A stretch of 64,000 bases of DNA. Origin: Antedon mediterranea. Lineage: Eukaryota; Animalia; Echinodermata. Under the pieces are notes generated by a model, which saw only the letters and a program-made list of their open reading frames with translations, was not told the DNA's origin and searched no databases. Made by a program: the position numbers and the translations under genes. Where the stretch lies: positions 62,001 to 126,000 of the forward strand of contig NC_092674.1 of assembly GCF_964355755.1 (NCBI RefSeq). The letters run 5' to 3'. This document shows positions 39,142 to 49,791 of this stretch, piece by piece (position 1 is the stretch's first letter; every line of letters starts with the position of its first letter).

Positions 39142-41747
39142 ATGCCGAGAAAACAAACAACAAAACGCACTAAAACTGCGGCTAATAAAGGAAAAGGTGA
39201 TGAGAGCCAGAATGATTCAGCCAAGAAGATGAAATCAGATGAAGGTTAGTTAGTAAAATAAACAAATTATATGTGGTTAGTAATAATAATATTTTGAATT
39301 GATTCTTCAGTTGCTTTTATTTTAATACAAACAATGGCATGATACTGGATCTAGGCAAAAGTTAGACTAACTATTATTGCTCCATGATCTTGGAAAATAG
39401 GCGGGTGGCGCATAAAAAAACATACCGATATAATATATAACTCTACGAGAGAGATACGTACTGTAAGAGATACTATTTTTCTGTTTATATAATAATGTAT
39501 GTATTTATATTGAAATATTGAGTTGCCACTGCATTTCCACCTTTCGCATGCCACCACATAAACCCATGTTTAATATTTTAGATTCAGTTTTGGAAGCTCA
39601 GGATGAATCCCAAGATACACAATCTACTAATTCCTTTACAAGTGCTGTCCAGATCACTGAAAACGATACAAAAATACCTGGTGGGGAAAACAAGGTTTCT
39701 TATGAAGACCAAACGTACTTAAAGAGAACTGGTAAACCTGGAACACTTGTCATGCTGGCTCAAAAATACACAGATGAGTAAGTATTGATAATAATAACGC
39801 TTTTATTCTCTAGGAAGAAATGCAATTTACTATAATGGCAATCACAATTAGTCTGTTAAGTGAGTAAGAGTCTTCATTACAAGTCAGTACCTCAACACAA
39901 CACTATATTACACTATAATGGCAATCACAATTAGTCTGTTAAGCGAGTAAGAGTCTTCATTACAAGTCAGTACCTCAACACAACACTATATTACACTATA
40001 ATGGCAATCACAATTAGTCTGTTTTGATATAGAATGAATTAAATAAGGGTAATAATACAAGTTTTTCATAAATGGCAACTTTTAAAATAATGAATTGGGG
40101 TAATATTGGGTTATCTAAAGTTTCCAACAAATTCCTAGAATTTTAATATAGGGGTATTGCCACTAAGGTTTTTAATTCCACAATTTCACCACCAAAAATC
40201 AGGTGCCTTATTGGCCTTATTTCTTTTTATTTAGTACTGAACCTAAGGGCTGGTGGATGAGTGAGAAGTTGGATGGATTACGTGCATTCTGGAATGGAAA
40301 TAATTTTTACTCCAGACTTGGAAATAAATTTGATGCTCCTAAGTATTTCACAAAAGTAAGATAAATGTATTTTACAATAAACTCAAATATTAGTTAAAAT
40401 TTAACATATTTTTTTCTTGACCTAAAAATACAGCTCACAATAACATTGATATGTCTACTCTTTCTTTCCTAGAATTTTCCAAAAGACATACAACTTGATG
40501 GAGAGCTGTTTCTGGATAGAGGACAATTTCCCAAGGCAGTCAGTATTGTAAAAACTCATGGTGTTGACAAAGGATGGAAAAATCTCAAATTTGAGGTACA
40601 AATATAAAATATACATATACAAGAACTGTCAATTGTCAAAAAAAATCTGATTGTAATATTACTAGTTTGATTGTTCGATCCTATTTAATAAAAACTGTAT
40701 TATACGTAACTTGTAGATCTTTGATGCACCTAATATTGAAGCCGCGTTTGAAGACAGAATTGAAGCTATAGCAGATTACTTTGACAAAAACAGGTTTGTA
40801 TTAGTTTCAATGTGGTGGTCAAAAGTTTCTTTTTCCGTAATTATTTATACTGGTATTTTGATACTTTGTATGTTTATTTTCAGCAATCCATATGTTCATG
40901 TTTTGGAACATGTTTTGTGCAAAGGCAAAGAACATGTTGATGAGCAACTGAAGCTGGTTGAGGCAGTGAACGGAGAAGGCCTTATGATACGAGAAGCCGG
41001 CTCAGAGTATGAATTTGGGGTCCGCTCAAGTACTTTGTTGAAAATAAAATCCTTCTATGATGCCGAGGTAAAGCAACTTTACATAATTAAAATCAATCCT
41101 ACCATAATAATCCATTAATTAAATAACAAAACAACAAATGTTGACTTTTTTTAACAATCTAATAATGACTTTATTCTATTTAGGCCATTGTTATTGGCTA
41201 TGAACCTGGGAAAGGCCGTAACACAGGTGTAGTGGGCGCTCTTCGGTGTAAAATGGAAAGTGGAATTGAATTTTCTGTTGGGTCAGGGTAAGTTCATTTT
41301 GAGTTAGTCAGAATACTTTAATTAATACGTCTAGTATAATTATGTAATATTATCGTAATGCTTGATTTCCACAATGCCAAATAATCCATCCACTATTTCA
41401 CCAATGTTGAATTTTTATCTCAATTTAGATTAAATGATGCTGATCGCCGCAAACCACCAAAGAAAGGAAGTATTATAACTTACAGATTCCAAGAATTGAC
41501 AAAATCGAAAAAACCAAGATTTCCAACATTTGTAGGTCAGTATATTAAATATCGAATTTCTTTCAGTGTCTTGATTTAGAAACAAAATGATTTGACAGTA
41601 TACTTTCTGAATTATGAGTGGTTATTGAATTTTGTAAAATAAAATTGATTAATAGGTAATTTTTAAAATGTTTTATTAATTGCAGGTGTTCGTATTGATG
41701 CTGACAAACCTAAGGATGCTGTACTGCCAACTGGCAAGACTGTATAA
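39142..41747 (+). CDS. Minimal ATP-dependent DNA ligase (Lig E / Chlorella virus / kinetoplast-ligase-like; NTase + OB domains), 358 aa, 9 exons
   Basis: Exons 39142-39244, 39582-39777, 40235-40355, 40473-40595, 40717-40793, 40884-41067, 41184-41287, 41429-41535, 41686-41747. All are GT-AG, total 1077 nt, no internal stop. Motifs: I GWWMSEKLDGLRA, Ia YSRLGN, III LDGELF, IIIa FEIFDAP, IV GEGLMIR, V LLKIK, OB-fold GKGRNTGVVGAL and FSVGSG, VI KPRFPTFVGVR. AATAAA at about 41985. Confidence 0.95.
39828..40023. repeat. ~83-bp tandem duplication in ligase intron 2
   Basis: ACTATAATGGCAATCACAATTAGTCTGTT... repeated about 2.3 times. Confidence 0.85.
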
Positions 41748-42589
41748 AGACTAGCAAAGCCATAGTTTTGAGGATCAAGTATTAATTTATAAACAACATT
41801 GTAATGGAGTATGTAACAACTATTTAAACGTACAATTTTTAATTACTTGCATGTGTTATTATGATTCTAAATTATGTTATACTCGAGCCAAATGATTGCA
41901 ATGAAATAGACATTCATTAATGTTTTGGAAATGTATATGTTTTGAATTGATGGTTTTTACTTTTTATATTTCATGATAATTCATAATAAATGCATGATAG
42001 ATTACTGTATTATTTATCTTTATTAGATGTTACTAAAAGATGTCTGAATTGGGACCTAATTTACAAGATGAATAGAGTAGACATTAGATAAACATTTTCT
42101 GTTTATTCACTTAATAAATCTTTTAATATTTGCATTTTAATGAAATGTCAAACATTGATATTTATCTGTATTTATTTGTAAGACAATTTTAGGTGTAGCT
42201 CAATAATCGACTAAGACAGCAATAAAGAATATATCAATTAAATTCTTAGCCTATAATGTTCAATAGAAAATTAGTGCAATTTCCTTATATGGAGTGTTTT
42301 AGAATGTGTAATTGCAAGCAATTGAAGTATCAAATATTTGTATAATTTAAATTTGTTTTAAACTGTAGACAGCTGGAATGGTGGTTGAATCATGTTTTAT
42401 TTTTTAGTGCGGGTGTAATAAATCTAGATTATCAGAAATGTTGTTTTAGATTTATTTTTAATTAAATACTATACAATGTATTGAGAAATACTGTATTTGT
42501 TATTGGTTGCTCAGTAAGTTAAGAAGCAGGGAGTTGTAAAATAACTCCCTGGTTAAAGTGTGTGTAACTCTGTCGTAGTTGTTGTACAG

Positions 42590-42730
42590 ATCGGCCGCGG
42601 GGGAAAAAAACATGTAAAAGAAATAATGGCCCTCTAGCGGGCGGGCGTGAACGAGTAGGCCGCCGCCACCGACCGGTGGGGAAACGAGTCGTTTTAACGC
42701 GACGTGTGTTCATCGTGTGTGGCATGGTGT
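42590..42730 (+). promoter_or_regulatory. GC/CpG-rich promoter region of SPCS2 with a CTCF-like motif
   Basis: GC-rich island just upstream of the first exon. GCCCTCTAGCGG (42629-42640) is the reverse complement of CCGCTAGAGGGC, a CTCF core match. Confidence 0.5.
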
Positions 42731-42807
42731 ACACAGCTGCTGCTAGCCTCATCTATCTTGTGTAGGCCTCCTCTTCCTACTACAATTTGTATTTATTTTT
42801 TTGTAAA

Positions 42808-45800
42808 ATGGTGTATAATACAGTGGATAAGACTGGATTTAAGGTAAATATAAGTATGATTTTATGTGGACATCTGCCAAGCTATCTACTGGGCTAGTTT
42901 GGCCTTTCTGTTCTAGTCTAATACAACAACTACTACTAGGCCCTAGGCCTACTACATTCTAGGCCTAGGCCCCTAGTAGTAGTACTAGCTATATGGGGCC
43001 TACAGGTATTATAGACGTTTCGCCCCAGGGATGGTTATGCCCGGGACGTTTCGGCCCAGGTTTATTATTATTAATAATAATTTCCATGATAGCAGATAGA
43101 AATTCCGTAAAAACAATTTAATATGCAAACAACAGCAGTAACCAAACAGCATTACCTCAGTCAGTCACAGTTTTATAAATGAATTAAATATTATTAATAA
43201 ACAAGAAGAGAATGAATAATGTCGAAATGAATGATGATGATGAATGATAATTCTAATTTAAATATTTAACTGTTTTATACAGTAATACTTGGCCATTTAT
43301 TTGCACTTTATTAACGTACTGTACTTGATTTAAACACAGTAAAGTTACAGTACGTTAGTATTTAGAAAGAAAAGGGGCGCTAGTTCCGTTTCGCACCTGT
43401 CGTATATTTCGACTCAAAATTGGTTAAGTAACTTCATCGTGAGTACCACACCTTAGAATTAGGCCTCAAAAATACTTTTACGAAGGAGATCACACAAAAA
43501 GTAAAAAATAAATCCTTTAAATTGATGAATTTACAGACGTGTTTCTCGCACATCGGTTCGTGAATTTCGCATACTCCATGTTCAATGTTGTTGTTTCTAT
43601 GGAGCGCCAAAAGAGCAATCATAATAGAGGGCTATATACTCAGTAAATTACGTATATTTAATGCATTTATTGATGAAAATTACGTTAAATTTTATCATAT
43701 TTTGTCAATGTCAATGCAACAAAACTATTACTGTTGATACTGTACATGGTTTTTGCAGGAACTTTTAGGAATGAAAATCGACAAATTCATCATCATATTA
43801 CATGTACTGTAGGGAGGGGTATACCTGATCTAAATAATAATAATATTCCTCTTAGTCTTAGTCTCAGGCATAGGCCTAGGGTTGGTTGCTATTTGAAAAC
43901 AGCAAATTATTAGCAGTAAAATGTTACAGCATTTTTATTGACAAAATATATTAAATTTAAACGTGTATTTCAATAATAAAAGCATTAAAAGAAGACGCAT
44001 TCCACTGAGTTTTTAACCATCTGTTGTTGTTGCTCTTTTGGCGCTCCATAGAAACGAAAATATTGAACTTCGAGTATGCTAAATTCGCGAACGGTATGCG
44101 AGAAACATGTCTGTAAAATCATCAATTTAAGGGTTTATTTGTTACTTTTTATGTGATTATTCTTCATAAAAGTACTTATGAGGCCCAATTTTAAGGTGTG
44201 GTATTCACAATAAGTTGCTTAACAATTTGGAGTCAAAAGGAAGTCGAAATAAAAACAGGTACGAAACGGAACTAGTGCCAGAAAAGGGTTGATGTATTAC
44301 AAACATTTAAAATATTTAATAAGTATGAGAAAATAAATGATGAGAAGCTCTTTGCAAAATCTAATTATAAACAAACTAGAGGACACAGTTTCAAGGTCTC
44401 TAAACCCAAGATAAAATTAAACGTTAGAAAGAGTGCATATTCGGTAAGAGTGGTAGATGATTGGAACTCATTACCCAGTCATGTAGTAGAGGCACAATCG
44501 GTCAATGAGTTCAAATCGGGCATTGCTAAATATTGTTCTGACCACCACATCAAGTTTCGCCCGTACGTTAATGAAGAGTTTGCAGTTATGACGATGGAGG
44601 GACAAATGAGCTAGTTCTCAATGTCCGAAGTTCAAGGTAAATTCAAGTAGGCCTAATCTATATATTTGATGTTTTTTTAGTGGTCTATTGAAGATAAACC
44701 AGTAACCATAGCAAAATGGGATGGAGCAGCAGTAAAGAATTCTCTAGATGATGCTGTTAGAAAGGTATATTTTCAAAATTGATCTGTCCACATTTTAAGC
44801 ATACTCTCTGTTTATTTTGTATGTAAAAATTAAGTTTGGTTTCTATCTATTGCAGATTATGAATGAGAAATATAAGTATGAAGAGAACTTTAAAATGATG
44901 GATACACGGTTGTGGATATGTTCCATCTCATGTTTATTTGCAATGTTTGCACTTGGATGGGATTTTTTTTACCCATTTCCAGCATCTAGGAGTGTACTAT
45001 TCTTATGTGTTGTATCATATCCTTTCTAATGTAACAGGAATTAATGTATTTTGTATTTAATTAGTATACTCAAATATACAGTATGAAACAAACTTAGTTG
45101 GATAAACAACAACAACACATTCCCATTACAATTTTCATCACACATTCCCAACACATAACAATTTTGATTACACATTTTGATTGATTGATTGATTGAATTT
45201 ATTTGATGCTCAACATTAAAATAACAAACAGACAAAAGACAAAATAACGAGCATCAGGAACACCCATTAGGCCGGAAAAACCAGCCCATTTCCAATGGGG
45301 TCCAAATTGCACATAACAAACAAGAGAAAATACAACATTAATAAAACTATAAATATATAAATATACATTAAAATAAAGCCCAGTAAAACAGAAAAATTAA
45401 AATGAGAAAAATTGCACGTAATCAAGACCATTATAGTTATCAAAATTATTCTAAATATAAAAAATTGCGTTCAAAATGTTTTTTAATATGAGATTTGAAG
45501 GTAGTTAAGTTGGAAATTAATTTTAAGTTTGATGGAAGAGCGTTCCAGTCTTTGATAGCAGAGAAGAAAAAAGTAGAATGAGACTGTTTATTTCCTTTAA
45601 GTAGAGGTAAAACCAGATTAACATTACGTTGGCGTGTGTTATGTGTGTGGATTGTGGATGTCCGTGAGAAATGTTCAGATAGATATGGAGCTGCATTGTT
45701 ATTGACAATTTTATGAACATTACAAAGCCTGAACAAATTCTATCACACATTTTCTACTGCTTGTTTCCTTAACTATTTGCTTACCTATTTTATAATGATG

Positions 45801-46249
45801 GGCATATTAACCCTGTATACAACATACATAGAGAGGAGTCATTTCTTGGTGTCACATGAGAAAGATCAAGCTGGTATTGATCCTGATAATGTCTGGATTA
45901 TTGATTCAAGCTTAAAAAGGTAACCCTTTTTTTTAATTATCCATAGAATAGAAGGATTAATTTTAAAATAGCTACAAGTTTCATACACAATTATTATTAT
46001 GCTATACATTATATACAACAAATTTGAAATATATCATTTAATTTATCATCTAATATTAGGTTTGATGATTTGTACACACTAGTGTTTCACTACACGAATG
46101 GAACAACTTGTGCACAACGTGAGTCCTCTCTTACCAAATCTGTCAGCTCATGGTTTGATGAAGATGGCACACTTCAGCTGCAACTATTTGAAAAAGATGT
46201 ACAAAGTCTTCATGATGAAATTTCATCTAGTGAAAAGAAAGATAAATGA
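42808..46249 (+). CDS. SPCS2: Signal peptidase complex subunit 2 (SPC25), 201 aa, 5 coding exons
   Basis: Exons 42808-42843, 44681-44764, 44856-45016, 45785-45919, 46060-46249 (606 nt). Peptides [60 protein letters not shown] and [14 protein letters not shown] match recalled SPCS2. Confidence 0.95.
43376..44279 (+). mobile_element. MITE family B (Merlin-like) in SPCS2 intron 1
   Basis: Ends GGCGCTAGTTCCGTTTCG / CGAAACGGAACTAGTGCC, long imperfect inverted arms, 8-bp TSD AGAAAAGG. Confidence 0.85.
44280..44647 (+). mobile_element. CR1-group LINE 3' fragment
   Basis: Encodes DVLQTFKIF...QTRGHSFKV...[31 protein letters not shown], the typical CR1 ORF2 C-terminus. Confidence 0.85.
45017..45784 (+). 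other. U12-type (minor spliceosome) AT-AC intron of SPCS2
   Basis: 5' ATATCCTTT, branch point TTCCTTAAC at 45765-45773, 3' TTAC. Removing it restores the conserved CVVS-YFIMMG frame. Confidence 0.93.
45179..45744 (-). mobile_element. L2/CR1-group LINE 3' fragment inside the U12 intron
   Basis: ORF 45446-45736 ([34 protein letters not shown]), a (CAAT)n tail, and probable TSD ACACATTTT. Confidence 0.85.
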
Positions 46250-47047
46250 ATTGTTCAAATGTAAAAATAACTCAAACAATTTGATTAATATTTATCAATA
46301 TTAAAAATCGTTACAAACCATATTAAATATTGGACCATCATTTATAATAAAACTGATATGTCCTGGTTTAATATTACTGTAGTTTGTTGCAATGCTTTTT
46401 ATTATGTTTGCCTAAGCATTTTTTGTAAAGAAGTTCTTTGTTATTTGTAAGACTGGTTTCCTTACTTTCTATCTGTTTTCAGCATTCGTGTGTTTAAAAC
46501 AATAAACACTGTAATTCTAAATAGTACACTTTGTTAATACAGTATTTAATAAAAGAATTCGGCTAATCTTCCATGAATCAGAAAATAGTGTCATTCTGTG
46601 TTGCCTATACATTATTAGACTTGCCCCAAGTCTGTATTATCTTTTTTTTTTATTTATTTGTTTTTATTTCGACCGCGATTTTTGTCTGAAAATACAGACT
46701 TGTGAAACACGTATAGAAATCGATTTGCAGACCGCAAACATACGATAAGAATGACGTAGGTTATCATACCGTATTTGGCTATATGGGGCGGGCGGTATGT
46801 AAATATGGATTTCGAATCAACCAATGATCATTTTGTTTCAAAATGAAAGAGATCGAGTACGTATGCCTACCAGTGCTTAATGTACGATCGAGACTGTTGA
46901 AATATAAAATAGTAATGCCAAGTTGTTTTGTTTATTAATTGTTTAGTCCTTGGCCTAGGCCTCTTTCGTAGGTCCTACTCAACTCGCACGTATGACCTGC
47001 CAAATAAAACGCCAATGAAGTAGGCCTACATACCACCGGCACACAAC

Positions 47048-49031
47048 GGTTTACGATGAAATCGGTCGCGTGTGAAATCGGTCGCGTTTGAAATCGGTCG
47101 CGATAAAATCAACTTCCGGTATTTTGTATGGCGCGCCGCTAGAGCTATACGTTTGAAATCGGTCGCCCTTGAAATCGGTCGCGCTATTTTGTATGGAGCG
47201 AGATGCATGCTAGCGGGATTTACATTTTCTTCGTTTATATAGTCTAGATTTAATTGATATTTTTTAGGAACCAGATTATTTATGTGGATATTTTTTATTT
47301 TGGTTAATAATATTTATTATCAATCATTTTTTTTTATTTCACAGGTCTCGAAGAAAGACCGTGTCTTTTCAAAATGGCCATTTCTAAACACGTTTAAATA
47401 TTTTATTAGGCATATAATAATTTACCTCTATTTTATTATATGTACTGTAATTAATATATTATACTGTATAGAGAATATACGTCTGTGTCTTTTAGTAATA
47501 CAGTATTATGCAAACAATTACGTAAAAGAGAACAATTTATTTAAAAACAATAAACGTTACAATGTATAACCCGTAAAGCCAGCGTATCCATTTTTATACT
47601 TATGCATAATGTGGCAGATATATCATATATTGGACCACCTTATTTTAATTTCTATTTTATTTATGTCCGTACGTTATGTAGGATTAAGTAGAGGCCTATA
47701 ATGATTATTGTTGAGGAAAATCACGTGTATATTTTTATTTCTAATGTTTAGGCCTAAAATAGTTTCTAGTAAAAATGATTATTATATGCGGGTCGTTAAA
47801 AGACGAGTTACTGAAATAAACCCCGAAATAGGCCATAACGTGGATGCGCCTTCTATGATCGTGCAGACGACGTTAACTGCACGTTATTTTGCTGACGGGG
47901 ATTCCCCTTAAAAAAAACACGCACTAGTGTGTCAAATCATGGACAAAACACGTACTACGATCGTTGTCCATGGCCATGTAAAGATGACGTATAGGCCTAT
48001 TACTAACCATACGTTTGAAACATCTATATATAGGCCTCTGCACTGCACGTGTATTTGTGAAACATAGTTCCATGGTGAAACGATGTATATAATTTACGTA
48101 TATAGGCCTACGTCGGCGATACTATAGTTTTTAATTTGAATATTTCTTCATTTATAATAATCACTTTAATGTAAATAATATAAGTACCACTCAGTGTCTC
48201 ACATCCGTACGCCGTTCGTACATCTAAATGTTTAAAATATCAGTGCAAGATTACCTCTTTGAGAATCGTGCCCACCTTTTAATATCCATCCATTATTATT
48301 ATCACATATAGGCCTATCATTGTACAGCATACTGCATAGTCATAGTATAGGCCCTGTAGATTGATTTATAACGGCATATTATTTTATTAGTATTATCCTA
48401 AAACCATGCTCACGTAAGAGTGGCGGAAATCGAACGTAAAAATCATCATCATACATCATCTTCCTTTATTGCATAAACCTCATTGAGCTGGTATCCACTT
48501 GCAGATATAAAACTAGTTTCGTAATTAACTGCGATTAAAAAATACGCAATAGGCGCGTCTAATTGTTTAATATTAAATTATTTCAACATTATTAAAACTT
48601 TAAACAGTGGCATGTTAATCTTTTCAAAAACTTAAACAATATTCAATAACACTTTTTAAAACGATTTTCTAAACACATTACAATTATTCATTGACACCTG
48701 ACGTAAGATAAAATGAAAACACAAATTATTTATAAATAATGAGATAATATTTATATTTACTGTACTAAAAAAATAATAACGATCGAGGTAAAACAATTGT
48801 TAATAGTATTAGAAATTCTATATTCAAAATTAACTAAAAACATAATTAGCGTTTACATTTAAAATGTATCTAGTGCGTCCCATGCAAAATAGCGCGACCG
48901 ATTTCAAACGCGACCGATATCATTAAACGTATAGCTCTAGCGGCGCGCCATACAAAATGCCGGAAGTTGATTTTATCGCGACCGATTTCAAACGCGACCG
49001 ATTTCAGACGCGACCGATTTCATCTGACACC
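47048..49031. mobile_element. ~2-kb non-autonomous DNA transposon with GAAATCGGTCGCG sub-repeats
   Basis: ~140-bp inverted arms; 8-bp TSD CACACAAC. Appears to be inserted in an older element spanning about 46612-49310. Confidence 0.8.
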
Positions 49032-49791
49032 CACACAACAGGGCTACACCACCACACAGAACAGGACAGGGTCTGGGTGGGAATTAAATCAAAATTATCT
49101 CCGCGTAATAAATGATCCATTCAATGTTTGATTTGCGGAGAAGCTAGCCTATCATATATCAAGACGAGTTTTCATGTTTCAAAGATCCCATCAAATGTTT
49201 ACCAGACTACTAGGCATATAAAATAATTTCTAGCCTTCAGAACTTTCATAAATGTACCCAAGTACACATTGTCTAAACGTAACATAGCGCATGCGCATCA
49301 TCTTAGTTGTTGAGTCTTTGAAATTCTTAAATATGAATATTTAAACGGTGTACGAGAGAGTAGCCAATCGCATGCAGCTGAAACTAGTCAACCGGATAAT
49401 CGTATGCACCAAGAATTCTTGGTGTCAAACCACGTGACTTTTGCGTGTTTCCCCAGACGGAGTATCCAAAATCAAGTAGTATACGTATGAAACGCCATAT
49501 GTGCCAAAATATTTATCTTTTAACTAATATTAAGACAAAACTCCGTCTGGAACCCAGACTAATACATTATATGAACTGTATGTTTATCTTCCAACAAGCA
49601 TCGCAGTTGCACTACGGCGAGTGGATGAAGCAGAGGTCAGTGTGACACAATTAGATAATCATTTAAACTGCCAACCACACCCACATTAACAATAGATTGA
49701 CTCATGTGCCAGATGATTTCAAGGAAACTAAATACCAATTTTAAACAAAGCCTGCATACAGTAATTATAGCAGATTATAGTACTCTAGTAC

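Noticed and set aside
39142-41747. Bacterial or viral contamination as the source of the ligase
   Set aside because: It has eight spliceosomal introns, host-like AT content and a poly(A) signal, and is contiguous with SPCS2.
42519-42752. Arg-rich minus-strand ORF
   Set aside because: It is a by-product of the GC-rich SPCS2 promoter, with no splice or domain support.
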